Positions 46,852-57,053 are shown, counted from the first letter of the stretch. The stretch: DNA of 64,000 bases from Candidatus Eiseniibacteriota bacterium (GCA_963707915.1 OY970178.1:2198103-2262102); one strand, 5' to 3'. The notes: generated by a model from the sequence alone, not told the origin. Program-made: numbers and translations.

Positions 46852-48257
46852 GCGAAGCGCGCGGCGGCGCACCCGCCCCCGGCCTCGGCTGGTTCGACGC
46901 CGAAGACGCACCGGCGCGCGCGGACCTGCGCTCGTGCATCCACTGCGGGCTGTGCCTGAGCGCCTGCCCGACCTACCGCACGCTCGGGCTCGAGCCCAAC
47001 TCGCCGCGCGGGCGGCTCTTCCTGATGCGCGGGCTCGCCGAGTCGCGCATCGCGCCCGCCCATCCGCTGCTCGACTATCTCGACCAGTGCCTGGGCTGCC
47101 GCGCCTGCGAGACCGCCTGCCCGGCGGGCGTCCCCTACGGCCGCCTGCTCGAAGTGGCGCGCGGCCAGCTCGAGCGCCGCGTGCGCGCGCCCTCGTTCTC
47201 CCGCCGGCTCGGCCAGTGGGCGCTGCGACGGATCGTGCCGGACCGCGCGGCCATGCACCGCGCGGCGGACCTCATGCGCCTGGCGCAGAATCCGGCGTTC
47301 GAGGCGCTGATGCGCTCGCGCGCCGCGCGCGCGCTGCTGCCGGAGTTCGCGCTGCGCGGCTGGCGCATGACGCCGCCGCTGCTGCCCCGCCGCCAGCGCG
47401 CGCTCGAGCGCGTCGCCCCGGCGCTGCCGCCCGGCGCGCGGATGGAGGCGCGGGCCGACGCGCTGGTCTTCCACCCCGCGGGCGCGCCGAAGGCCCGCGC
47501 GGCGTTCTTCACCTCCTGCGTCATGGAGGTCATGTTCCCGCGCATCGACCACCAGGCGGTGCGCCTGCTGGTGCTCGCGGGCTGCGAGGTGACCGTGCCG
47601 CGCGGGCAGTGCTGCTGCGGCGCGCTGCAGGCCCACGCCGGGATGCTGCCGCTGGCGAAGGACCTGGCGCGCGCGAACGCCCGGCTCTTCGACCCCGGCG
47701 AGCACGACTTCGTGGTGAACGACTCCGCGGGCTGCGGCGCCGCGCTGCGCGATGCCGGCGAGTTGCTGCACGCCGACCCGCTGGCGGCGCCCGCCGCCCG
47801 CCTCTCGGCGCGGGTGCGCGACGTGGCCGAGGTGCTGGAACAGCTCGGCCTGCCGGAGCCCGCGGCGCCGCTGCGCTCGTCCGCGGACCCGGCGCGGCCC
47901 CTGCGCGTCGGCTACCACGATCCCTGCCACCTCGCCCACGCGCAGCAGGTGCGCAGCCAGCCGCGCGCGCTGCTGCGCCGGCTGCCGGGCCTCGAGCTGG
48001 TGGACCTGCCGGACTCCGACTGGTGCTGCGGCAGCGCCGGCGTCTACGACCTGACGCACCCCGGGATGTCCGACGCCCAGCTCGCGCACAAGGTGGACAC
48101 CATCGCGGCGGTGGCGCCCGAGGTGGTCGTGGCCTCGAACCCGGGCTGCGCGATGCACATGGCGCGCGGCGCCGCCGAGCGCGGACTCGCCGTGCGGATC
48201 GAGCACCTGGTCGAGTTGCTGGCCCGCGCCTACCCGCCGCCCGCCTTCCGCGGATGA
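46847..48257 (+). CDS. glcF: Glycolate oxidase iron-sulfur subunit GlcF
   Basis: 470 aa with two 4Fe-4S ferredoxin motifs (CIHCGLCLSACP, CLGCRACETACP) and C-terminal CCG domains (CCG... DPCH...). Confidence 0.85.
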
Positions 48258-49534
48258 CCGCCCGCGCCGCGCTGCCCCGCGCCGCCGTCGCCGCGCTGTT
48301 CCTCGAGCGCCAGCACCTCGACCGGCCCCGCGGGCGCCGGCTCACCGGGGCGGGCCTGGTCCGCTTCGCCGAGGACGTGGGCGGGATCCAGCTCGACTCG
48401 ATCAACGTGCTGGAGCGCGCGCACCTGCTGACGCTGTGGAGCCGGTTCGGCGCCTACGACCGCGCCGCGCTCGAGCGGCTCGTCTACCGGCGGCGCCTGC
48501 TGTTCGAGTACTGGGCGCACGCCGCCTGCCTGGTGCCCACGACGCACTTCCCGATGTGGCGCCGCGCGATGCTCGACTACGAGGTCGGCCACTCCGGCTG
48601 GACGACGTGGCTGAAGAAGCACGCTCCGACGCTGAAGCGGGTCGAGCGGGCCATCCGCGAGCGCGGCCCGCTGGGCAACGCCGACTTCGCCGCGGCCGGG
48701 ACGGGCCCGCGCGCGGCGGGCTGGTGGGACTGGAAGCCCGAGTCCCACGCCCTGGACTACCTGTGGAAGAAGGGCACGCTCGGGGTCCACTCGCGCGTCC
48801 ACTTCCAGCGCCGCCTCGACCTGATGGAGCGCCTGCTGCCCGCCGCGCTCGCCGCGGAGCCGCCGTCGCGCGAGGCGTTCCGCCGCTGGCACGTGCGCCG
48901 CTCGCTCCACGCGATGGGCGCCGCGAGCGCCGTCGACCTGCGCATGTACCTCTCCTACCCGCGCGTGCCCGCGCCCGAGCGGAGCGCCACGCTGCGGGCG
49001 ATGCTGCGCTCGGGCGAGGTGGTCGAGGTCGCGGTCGAGGGCGAGCGCGCGCCCTGGCTCGCGCTGCCCGGGGACCTGCCCGCGCTCGAGGCCGCGGCGC
49101 GCCGCCGTTCGCCGCCGAGCCGCGGCACCACGCTGCTCTCGCCGTTCGACTCGTTCCTCTGGCACCGCGAGCGCACGCAGGCGCTGTTCGGCTTCGACTA
49201 CCGCATCGAGGTCTACACGCCCCCGGGCAAGCGGGTGCACGGCTACTACTCGCTGCCGATCCTCCACGACGGCGCGCTCGTCGGGAGGCTCGACGCCAAG
49301 AACCACCGCGAGGCGCGGCGGCTCGAGGTGAGGCACGTCCACTTCGAGGCCGCGGCCGCGGCCGCTGGCGGCGGGTCGGCGATCGAGCCGGCGCTGGCGG
49401 GCCTCGGCGACGCGCTCGCCTCGCTCGCGGCGTTCGCCGGCGCCGGGCGCGTGACGGTAGGGCGCGTGAGCCCGGCGAAGCTGGCGAAGCCGCTGCGCCG
49501 GGCGCTGGGGAGTCGCACGGAGGCCGGCGGCTGA
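48254..49534 (+). CDS. Winged-helix DNA glycosylase YcaQ-like (DUF1006) protein
   Basis: The ATG overlaps the glcF stop (ATGA). It is 426 aa, and its conserved blocks match the YcaQ/AlkZ-like family (HWS fold). Confidence 0.65.
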   Translation: MTARAALPRAAVAALFLERQHLDRPRGRRLTGAGLVRFAEDVGGIQLDSINVLERAHLLTLWSRFGAYDRAALERLVYRRRLLFEYWAHAACLVPTTHFPMWRRAMLDYEVGHSGWTTWLKKHAPTLKRVERAIRERGPLGNADFAAAGTGPRAAGWWDWKPESHALDYLWKKGTLGVHSRVHFQRRLDLMERLLPAALAAEPPSREAFRRWHVRRSLHAMGAASAVDLRMYLSYPRVPAPERSATLRAMLRSGEVVEVAVEGERAPWLALPGDLPALEAAARRRSPPSRGTTLLSPFDSFLWHRERTQALFGFDYRIEVYTPPGKRVHGYYSLPILHDGALVGRLDAKNHREARRLEVRHVHFEAAAAAAGGGSAIEPALAGLGDALASLAAFAGAGRVTVGRVSPAKLAKPLRRALGSRTEAGG

Positions 49535-49628
49535 AACGAGCGGCGTTCTCCGGTACAATCGGGCGCGGACCTGCCGTCCTCGACTCCGCGCCGCCGCGTC
49601 CACGCACGCGGGCGCAAGGGAGCCCTGC

Positions 49629-50741
49629 GTGAGACCCAGCATCCTCCTGCTCGGCGGCACCGGGCGCGCCGGCCGCGTCGCCGCGCGGCTGCTGCTCGAA
49701 CACACCGACGCGCGGATCGTCATCGGCAGCCGCAGCCGCGAGCGGGCCGCCGCGCTCGCCGCCGCGCTGGCGCGCGACTTCCCGGGCGACCGCGCCGGGG
49801 TCGCGGCGGTGGACGCCGGCGACGAGGCGAGCCTGCGGGCGGCCCTCGAGGGCGCGCGCCTGCTCTTCGACTGCGGGCCGACCGCGCGGTTCACCGGGAG
49901 GATCCCGCTCGCCTGCATCGCGGCCGGCGTGGACTGCCTCGACATCCACCCGAGCCGCTCGCTCGCCGTGCTCCGGCCGCTCGCCCGCGAGGTGGCGCGC
50001 GCCGGCCGCTGCTTCGTCACGCAGGCCGGGCTCCACCCCGGGCTGCCCGCGACGGTCATGCGCCACGCCGCCTCGCTGCTCACGCGCTGCGACTCGGTGA
50101 CGGCCGCGATGCTCATCAACGTCGGGGTGCCGCCCGGGCCGGACTCGGCCAGGGAGTTGATCGAGGAGATGAGCGTCTACCGGAGCCTGGTCTGGAGCGG
50201 CGGCGCCTGGCGCAAACCGTCGTGGAGCCACTCGCGCCGGTTCGACTTCGGCCCGGGCCTCGGGCCCCGCACCTGCTACCCGATGTGGAGCGACGAGTTG
50301 GAGGGCCTCCCGGAACGGATCGGTGCGCAGGACGCGGCGTTCTACGTGGCGGGCTTCAACGCGTTCGCCGACCTGGTGGTCACACCGCTCGCGCTGCTGT
50401 CCGGCTCGATCCGTCGCGGCCTCGGCGCGGGGCTCCTCGCGCGGCTGCTGGCCTTCAGCGTCCGCCGCTTCGGCCGCCCCCCCTTCGCCATCGTGCTCGC
50501 GGCCGAGGCCGCCGGCGAGCGGGACGGGACGGCCCGCGCCGTGCGCATCCTGGTGCGCAGCGACGACGACGACGGCTACCGGCTCACCGCCGCGCCGGCG
50601 GTGGCGTGCGTGAAGCAGCTCCTCGACGGCTCCGTCGCGCGGCCGGGCGTGCACCTGATGGGGCACCTGGTCGAGCCGGCCCGCCTGGCCGCGGACCTGC
50701 GACGCATGGGTATCGGGGTCGAGGTGGCCACCCGGCCGTAG
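49629..50741 (+). CDS. Saccharopine dehydrogenase NADP-binding domain protein
   Basis: GTG start, 370 aa, with N-terminal Rossmann motif LLLGGTGRAGRVAARLL. Confidence 0.7.
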   Translation: MRPSILLLGGTGRAGRVAARLLLEHTDARIVIGSRSRERAAALAAALARDFPGDRAGVAAVDAGDEASLRAALEGARLLFDCGPTARFTGRIPLACIAAGVDCLDIHPSRSLAVLRPLAREVARAGRCFVTQAGLHPGLPATVMRHAASLLTRCDSVTAAMLINVGVPPGPDSARELIEEMSVYRSLVWSGGAWRKPSWSHSRRFDFGPGLGPRTCYPMWSDELEGLPERIGAQDAAFYVAGFNAFADLVVTPLALLSGSIRRGLGAGLLARLLAFSVRRFGRPPFAIVLAAEAAGERDGTARAVRILVRSDDDDGYRLTAAPAVACVKQLLDGSVARPGVHLMGHLVEPARLAADLRRMGIGVEVATRP

Positions 50742-50859
50742 CCGGCGCCGGGCCCCGCACGGGGCTGGACCGTCCGCGCCGGCGACCGCTAGAATCGAGT
50801 CCGATTCGCCGTCCGAACCGACCGTGCGGGGCTCGCACCCCGCCCTCCCGGAGTTCACC

Positions 50860-53469
50860 GTGCGTCCTGGCCGCCTGCTCGTCGTCTCCGTCACCCTGCT
50901 CGGTCTTGCCATCGCGGCCGGCCTCCACGTCCTGCGGCCCGGCGCCGGCGCGCGGCCTCCCGGCGAGGAAGAGCAGGGCGAGCGACGGCCGGGCGATTGG
51001 TGGGAGAACCAGCGCGCCTTCCCCGGCGCCAGCGTGAACCAGGCCGCCTTCGCCGCCGCGCGCGAGCAGGCGCAGTTCGATCGCGCCCGGGCCGCCCTCG
51101 CGACCAGCGCGGAGGGACTCGCCTGGACCCAGCTCGGCCCCTACAACATCGGCGGGCGGGTCACCGCGCTCGCCGTGGCCCCGGGCGGGACCACGATCTA
51201 CCTGGGTTCGGCCAACGGCGGCGTGTTCAAGTCCACGAACTCGGGCGTGAACTGGGCCCCGGTGATGGACGGCTGGGGCTGGGAGCTGTTCTCGATCGGC
51301 GCGCTCGCCCTCGATCCGACCGATGCGAACGTGGTCTACGCCGGCACCGGCGAGGCCAACCACTCGGTGGACTCGTACGACGGCAACGGGCTGCTGCGCA
51401 GCAGCGACGGCGGACAGAGCTGGCAGTCGCTCGGCCTGCAGGCGACCGCGCGCATCGCCCGGGTCGCGGTGGACCCCTCCGACCGCGACCGCATCTTCGT
51501 GGCGGCGATGGGGACCCAGTTCTCGACCGGGCCCCATCGGGGCGTCTATCGCAGCGAGGACGGCGGGCAGAGCTGGAGCCAGGTGCTGTTCGTGAACGAC
51601 TCGACCGGCGCCTGCGACGTGGTGGTCAACCCCGCGCACCCCGAAACGGTCTACTGCGCCACGCTCGAGCGCGTGCGCCGCATGACCTACCGGCGCGCGC
51701 ACGGGCCCGGAAGCGGCATCTGGCGCAGCGCGGACCACGGCACGACCTGGACGCGGCTCGCCGCCGGGTTGCCGACGCCCTCGGACAGCGTGGGGCGCAT
51801 CGCCCTCGCGCTGTGCGCCACCCGGCCGTCCGTCGTCTACGCCCAGATCGGCTCGGGTCCCGGGCTCGGCTGGGTCGGGCTCGGCCTGTACCGCAGCCTG
51901 GACGGCGGACAGACCTGGTCCCGGCGCGACACGGGCAGCGGCTTCCGCTACGCCTTCGGCGGCTTCTGCTGGTACTTCGGCGACGTGGCCGTGGACCCGA
52001 ACAACGCGAACGTGGTGTACGCGCAGGGCGTGGGCCTGAAGCGCTCCACCGACGGCGGGCAGACGTTCGCGGACGTCACCCGGTCCGCCCACGTGGACCA
52101 GCACGGCCTGTGGATCGACCCGTCGAACTCGAACCGCCTCTACCTGGGCAACGACGGCGGATTCTTCTCCTCGGTGAACGGGGCCGCGTCCTGGTCCAAG
52201 TCGGTGGACCTGCCGATCACGCAGTTCTACGCCGGCTGCGTCGACCCCTCGGACGTGAACCGCGTGGGCGGCGGCACGCAGGACAACGGCAGCATGCTGA
52301 CGGCGTCCTCGCCCACGGGCTGGTACGAGATCGCGCCGGGCGGCGACGGGTTCACCGTGCTCATCGACCCGGCGGACCCGAACGTCGTGTTCTCCGAGTC
52401 GCAATACGGCAGCGGCGGCGCGGGGCCCTACCGCTCGACCCAGGGGGGCGGGGCCGGCGGCTTCGGCACGGGCATCAACGGTGGCGATCGATTCAACTGG
52501 TGCGCGCCGTTCGTCATGGACCCGACCGACCACGGCGTCCTGCTGTTCGCGAGCCACCGGGTCTACAAGAGCGCGGACAACGGCCTGACCTGGACCCCGG
52601 TGAGCGGCGACCTCACGTCGTTCCCGAACCCGCCCTCCGTGCTGGCCTACCACACCGTCTCGACCCTGGACATCTCTCCCGCCGACCCGCGGCACTACTA
52701 CGCGGGCACGGACGACGGCCGGGTCTGGCGGTCGGACGACGCGGGCGCCGCCTGGACGGAGGTCTCCGCCGGGCTCCCGCTCTACTGCGTCACCCGGGTG
52801 ACGGCCGACCCGGTCACCCCGGAGGTCGTGTACGTGTGCCTCTCGGGCTTCGGCCAGGACCAGCACTCCCCCCACGTCTTCCGGAGCGCCGACCAGGGCG
52901 CCACCTGGTCCCCGATCGCCGGCGACCTGCCCGACGCCCCGGCGAACGACCTGGTCGTGGACCCCACCGATCCCAACACCCTGTTCCTCGCGACCGACGT
53001 CGGGGTCTACGTCACTCGCAACCTGGGCGGCGCGTGGAGCCCGCTGGGACTGGGGATGCCGCTCCAGGCGGTCTTCGATCTGACGCTCCATTCGCCGTCC
53101 AACACGCTGGTTGCGGCGACGCACGGACGCTCGCAGTGGAAGATCAACGTCGGCGCGCTACCCGTTGCGGTGGGCCGCACTGCGCCGCCACAACGCATCG
53201 CGTTGACCGCACCGGCGCCCAATCCCAGCCGGGGCGCGTCCCGCTTCGCGCTGGCGCTGCCGGCGGGCGGGACCACGGAAGTCACGGTCTACGACGCCGC
53301 GGGGCGGCGCGTCCGTGACCTGTACTCGGGGGTCGCGCCGCCGGGCTCCCTGCCTCTCGCCTGGGACGGATCCGACGCGCACGGCCATCGCGCGGGTGCC
53401 GGCGTCTACTTCGTCCGCGCGAGCGCGGCGGGCTCGGTGACGACGCGGAGACTCGTGCGGGTGGACTGA
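50860..53469 (+). CDS. BNR/Asp-box repeat beta-propeller protein (sortilin/VPS10-like) with a C-terminal FlgD-Ig/T9SS-like sorting domain
   Basis: The GTG at 50860 sits 7 nt after GGAG (an upstream GTG at 50824 is also possible). It has an N-terminal TM/signal, at least 8 S-x-D-G-G-x-T/SW Asp-box repeats, and a C-terminal ~64 aa similar to the C-terminus of the 39230-41532 protein. Confidence 0.8.
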   Translation: MRPGRLLVVSVTLLGLAIAAGLHVLRPGAGARPPGEEEQGERRPGDWWENQRAFPGASVNQAAFAAAREQAQFDRARAALATSAEGLAWTQLGPYNIGGRVTALAVAPGGTTIYLGSANGGVFKSTNSGVNWAPVMDGWGWELFSIGALALDPTDANVVYAGTGEANHSVDSYDGNGLLRSSDGGQSWQSLGLQATARIARVAVDPSDRDRIFVAAMGTQFSTGPHRGVYRSEDGGQSWSQVLFVNDSTGACDVVVNPAHPETVYCATLERVRRMTYRRAHGPGSGIWRSADHGTTWTRLAAGLPTPSDSVGRIALALCATRPSVVYAQIGSGPGLGWVGLGLYRSLDGGQTWSRRDTGSGFRYAFGGFCWYFGDVAVDPNNANVVYAQGVGLKRSTDGGQTFADVTRSAHVDQHGLWIDPSNSNRLYLGNDGGFFSSVNGAASWSKSVDLPITQFYAGCVDPSDVNRVGGGTQDNGSMLTASSPTGWYEIAPGGDGFTVLIDPADPNVVFSESQYGSGGAGPYRSTQGGGAGGFGTGINGGDRFNWCAPFVMDPTDHGVLLFASHRVYKSADNGLTWTPVSGDLTSFPNPPSVLAYHTVSTLDISPADPRHYYAGTDDGRVWRSDDAGAAWTEVSAGLPLYCVTRVTADPVTPEVVYVCLSGFGQDQHSPHVFRSADQGATWSPIAGDLPDAPANDLVVDPTDPNTLFLATDVGVYVTRNLGGAWSPLGLGMPLQAVFDLTLHSPSNTLVAATHGRSQWKINVGALPVAVGRTAPPQRIALTAPAPNPSRGASRFALALPAGGTTEVTVYDAAGRRVRDLYSGVAPPGSLPLAWDGSDAHGHRAGAGVYFVRASAAGSVTTRRLVRVD

Positions 53470-53624
53470 TCCGCGCTCCCGGCGAGCGCTCGCAGCCGCC
53501 GGGCCCGAGGCGCTCGTCCCGGGCGCGACCTCATTCCGACCGCTCAGGACGCGGCCCGGAATATGCTTGGCTGTTACGGCCGCGTCAGCCGCGGACCAAA
53601 CCGACCCTGCATCGAAATAAGGCT

Positions 53625-53652
53625 TTGAAAATGCGGTGCATCCTGCTATACC
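53625..53652 (+). promoter_or_regulatory. Sigma-70-like promoter of the HU gene (TTGAAA-16nt-TATACC)
   Basis: A -35 TTGAAA lies at 53625-53630 and a -10 TATACC at 53647-53652, in the only AT-rich pocket of the window. The predicted TSS is near 53660, 65 nt upstream of the HU ATG. Confidence 0.55.
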
Positions 53653-53724
53653 ACCATCCGGCAGGGCACAACGGAGTGCCCGTCCGTTCCGCAACTCGTA
53701 CCTTCGCAAGGAAAGGATGGAACC

Positions 53725-54015
53725 ATGGCGAAGATGATGACCAAGTCCCAGGTGTCCGCCCACATCGCCGACAAGTTCGAGCTCACCAAGAAGACCGGCA
53801 CGGCGATCCTCGAAGAGCTGGCGATGCTGGCCGGCAAGGAAGCCAAGAAGAACGGCTTCGTGTTCCCCGGCGTCGGCAAGCTGGTGGTGGTGAACCGCAA
53901 GGCGCGCATGGGCCGCAACCCGCAGACGGGCCAGCCCATCAAGATTCCGGCAAAGCGCGTCCTGAAGTTCCGGATCGCGAAGGCCATGAAGGAGCTCGCG
54001 CTCAAGGCGCGTTAG
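53725..54015 (+). CDS. hup: HU family DNA-binding protein
   Basis: 96 aa, MAKMMTKSQV...GFGKF-type fold, with an arm motif (RKARMGRNPQTGQPIKIPA). An AAGGAAAGGA RBS precedes the start. Confidence 0.9.
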   Translation: MAKMMTKSQVSAHIADKFELTKKTGTAILEELAMLAGKEAKKNGFVFPGVGKLVVVNRKARMGRNPQTGQPIKIPAKRVLKFRIAKAMKELALKAR

Positions 54016-54036
54016 TCCCTCGGCAGACCTTGCGAA

Positions 54037-54070
54037 GGCCCCGGGCTCCCGAGACCGGGGCCTTTCGCTT
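54037..54070. terminator. Bidirectional rho-independent terminator between hup (+) and the GAF-PAS gene (-)
   Basis: GGCCCCGG-gctcccgaga-CCGGGGCC followed by TTTCGCTT. It lies 22 nt after the hup stop and 13 nt after the convergent gene's stop. Confidence 0.65.
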
Positions 54071-54082
54071 GCGCGCAGGGCG

Positions 54083-55402
54083 CTACGCGGCCTCACGCAG
54101 CGGCGGCCCGGGCGACCGCACGACCGCGGCCGGGCGCTCGGACGCCCGCAGCCGCGCCTCGAGCCGGCGGCGCTCCGAGACGTCGGTGGCCACGCCGACC
54201 ACGCCGACGACCCGGCCCTCGCCGTCCCGCCGCGGCGTGTAGCGCGTCTCGAAGGCGAGGTCGCCCACCTCGACCAGCGTGGTGAAGTCCTCGCCCGCCA
54301 GCGCGCGCCGCAGGGCGGCCACGATCTCCGGCTGGTCGCGGTAGAACTCGAACGCCGACAGGCCCACGACCTGGCCGGGCGCGAGCCCGAGGTTCGTGAG
54401 TGCCGAGCCCTCCGAGAGCCGGAAGATCCCGTCGCGGTCCACGGCGAACAACACGACCGGCGCGTTCGATACCACCGCCTGCAGGTCCTCCTCGACGCGG
54501 CGCACCGACGGGAGCCCGCTCAGGTCCTGTGTCACCACGAGCACCTCCTCGATCCGCCCCTCGGGCTCGCGGATGGGGAGCGCGCTCACGTAGAGCCGGT
54601 GTCCCGGCCCGCCGCCCTCGCGCACGAACTCCTGGTGCACGGGCCGGCCGAGGTGGAGCGCGCGGGTGACCGGACAGCCGACGTCCGGGACGGGCCCGGC
54701 CGGCCGGCCGAAGCGCGCCCACACCTCCCCGCAGTCCCGCCCGACCCAGTTCGAGCCGTCGTCCAGCGGGAAGCGTGACGTCAGCGCGCGGCTCACCCAG
54801 CGCACGATGTGGGTGGGGTCCACGGTGAACACGTAGGTGTCGGCCTGGTTCACGACCGCCGCGAACTTCTGGCGTTCCCGCTCGAGCACGCGCATCTGCT
54901 GGTCGAACCGCTGGAACCAGCGGTCGCTGCGGTCCTTCGCCGAACGGGAGCGGACCGCCTCCTGGTGATGCGCGATCTGCCGCGCGATGAGCGAGCCCGC
55001 GCTCGCGCAGCGTTCGCCCGCGCCCGGCGGTCCGGCGAAGCACACCACCGCGAGCGTGTGGCCGTGGTCGACGAGCGGCAGGACCGCGGGCACGACCCCG
55101 TTCGCCAGCCCGCTCGGGAACGGCATGGTGACCGGCGCGTCCTGCACGAGGGACTCGAGCGCCAGGCCGCGCAGGTGCGGGCGGAAACGCAGCCGCATGG
55201 CCTCGTCCGCGGGGACCCAGAACTCCGCTTCCGTGTCCTTCCCGCTGACCAGGAACAGCACGACCGCCTCCGCCTCGGAGAGCTCCGCGAAGAACCGCGC
55301 GGCGTGGACGGAGACCTCCTCGACCGTCTCCGAGGCGAGGACCGGCCCCAGCAGCTCGAGCGCCCGCTCGAAGTCCCGGACCCGGTCGATGCGCGTGGCC
55401 AC
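54083..55402 (-). CDS. GAF-PAS sensor-domain protein without a recognisable output domain
   Basis: GTG start at 55402, 439 aa, with an N-terminal GAF-like region and two PAS-like segments in the C-terminal half. No kinase, GGDEF or HTH was detected. Confidence 0.7.
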   Translation of the reverse strand: MATRIDRVRDFERALELLGPVLASETVEEVSVHAARFFAELSEAEAVVLFLVSGKDTEAEFWVPADEAMRLRFRPHLRGLALESLVQDAPVTMPFPSGLANGVVPAVLPLVDHGHTLAVVCFAGPPGAGERCASAGSLIARQIAHHQEAVRSRSAKDRSDRWFQRFDQQMRVLERERQKFAAVVNQADTYVFTVDPTHIVRWVSRALTSRFPLDDGSNWVGRDCGEVWARFGRPAGPVPDVGCPVTRALHLGRPVHQEFVREGGGPGHRLYVSALPIREPEGRIEEVLVVTQDLSGLPSVRRVEEDLQAVVSNAPVVLFAVDRDGIFRLSEGSALTNLGLAPGQVVGLSAFEFYRDQPEIVAALRRALAGEDFTTLVEVGDLAFETRYTPRRDGEGRVVGVVGVATDVSERRRLEARLRASERPAAVVRSPGPPLREAA

Positions 55403-55412
55403 GGCCGTGCCC

Positions 55413-55880
55413 TCAGGCCCCCGGCCGCGCGGCGTAGTAGCCCGCCAGCCAGTCGGCCACGGCCTGGATCTCGAGCACCGCCGCCTCGTCGAAGGCCGAG
55501 AGCTCGTGGCTGTCGATGTCGATCTGCGCGTGGATCACGTCGCCGGAACGGATCAGCACGACCAGCTCGGAGCGGGTCTGGGTGCTGCAGGCGAGGTAGT
55601 TCTCGACCTGGCTCACGTCGGGGATGTTGAGGTTGCGCCGCTCCGCGACCGCCGTGCCGCAGATGCCCTGGCCGTAGCCGATGAAGACGTGTTCCGTGGC
55701 CGCGCCGAGGAACGGCCCCAGGCGCAGCGTGCCGTCCTCGAACAACTCGTAGATGCCGGTCCAGTGGAAGCGCCGGTCCATCGCGTGCACGCCGGCGACG
55801 GCGGCCTCGAGCACGTGCTCGAACGGCGCGGAGGCGGCGGCCATCGCAGTGAGCCGTGCGATCAAGGGTTCGACCGCCAT
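55413..55880 (-). CDS. GAF-domain protein, free methionine-R-sulfoxide reductase (fRMsr)-like
   Basis: ATG at 55880, 155 aa, with a single GAF domain and Cys motifs (GICGTA...YLAC) resembling fRMsr/YebR. It lies 10 nt upstream of the GAF-PAS gene. Confidence 0.65.
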   Translation of the reverse strand: MAVEPLIARLTAMAAASAPFEHVLEAAVAGVHAMDRRFHWTGIYELFEDGTLRLGPFLGAATEHVFIGYGQGICGTAVAERRNLNIPDVSQVENYLACSTQTRSELVVLIRSGDVIHAQIDIDSHELSAFDEAAVLEIQAVADWLAGYYAARPGA

Positions 55881-56117
55881 GGTGGACCCCCGGAGGGAAT
55901 GGGTGGACCCGACGTGGGAGGGGACGAGGGGGTCCCGGCACACTTCCAGCAGGGTATCGGCCCCCGGGGGCCCCGCCTTGAGGAACATCGGTCCGCGCAG
56001 GACGCGCTGCCCGCGGGCTCCGCGCGGCGGGCGGGGCCCGGGGCCGCGGACCGCCCGGGCGCCGTGCCGCGCCTTTGCGCCGCTCCGCCGGCTCTGTCAC
56101 CATGCCGGTCACCTCCC

Positions 56118-57053
56118 ATGGACGGCATCCGCATCGAGTCCCTGACCAAGACCTATCGCGCCGGACAGGTGCGCGCGCTCGACGGTGTCTCGCTCGAGAT
56201 CGCGCCCGGTGAGGTGTTCGGCATCATCGGACCCAACGGCGCCGGCAAGACCACCCTGCTCGGCTGCCTGCTGGGCTTCCTGCGGCCCGACTCCGGGCGC
56301 GTCAGCATCGCAGGGCGTGAACCCGACGATCTCGCCATCCGGGCGGTGACCGGCTACCTGCCGGAGCGCCTCACGCTCGACCGCTGGATGACCGGACTCG
56401 ACTTCCTCGCCTATCACCACGCGCTCGCCCGCCTGCCCGCCGCCGGACGCACGACCGATGCGCAGGCCGCGCTCGCGCGCGTCGGCCTCGACCCCGAGGC
56501 CGGACACCGCTCCATCCGGCGCTACTCGCGCGGCATGCTGCAGCGCCTCGGCCTCGCCCAGGCGCTGCTCGGCCGGCCACGCTACGTGTTCCTCGACGAG
56601 CCCGCCTCGGGCGTCGACCCGGCGGGCGTCGTGCTCTTCCGCCGCCTGCTCGATGAAGTGAGGGCGGACGGCACGACCGTGGTGCTCAACTCGCACCAGT
56701 TGGACCAGGTCGAACGCGTGTGCGACCGCGTGGCGTTCGTCAAGCAGGGACGCATCGAGGCACTGGAGACGTTGCACGCCGGCGCGGCCCTGGCGCGCGT
56801 GTTGCGCGTGCGCGGCCCGGCCGGTGCGGCCACGCCGCGCGAAGCGCTCGAGCAGGCGGCGCGGCAGGCAGGCGCCGGGCTGCTCGACGTGTCCCCGCCG
56901 CTCGCGCGCTTCGCGGTGCCCGACGACGCCGGTGCGGTGCGTCTGGTGCAGGCGCTGGTCGCGGCCGGCGTGCCCGTGGCCGAGGTCACCCCCGAGGAGG
57001 GCAGGCTCGAGCGCCTGTTCCTCGAGGGCGCGCCTCCGGGAGGGCCGGCGTGA
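56118..57053 (+). CDS. ABC transporter ATP-binding protein
   Basis: 311 aa with Walker A GPNGAGKTT, signature YSRGMLQRL and Walker B VFLDEP. Confidence 0.9.
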   Translation: MDGIRIESLTKTYRAGQVRALDGVSLEIAPGEVFGIIGPNGAGKTTLLGCLLGFLRPDSGRVSIAGREPDDLAIRAVTGYLPERLTLDRWMTGLDFLAYHHALARLPAAGRTTDAQAALARVGLDPEAGHRSIRRYSRGMLQRLGLAQALLGRPRYVFLDEPASGVDPAGVVLFRRLLDEVRADGTTVVLNSHQLDQVERVCDRVAFVKQGRIEALETLHAGAALARVLRVRGPAGAATPREALEQAARQAGAGLLDVSPPLARFAVPDDAGAVRLVQALVAAGVPVAEVTPEEGRLERLFLEGAPPGGPA

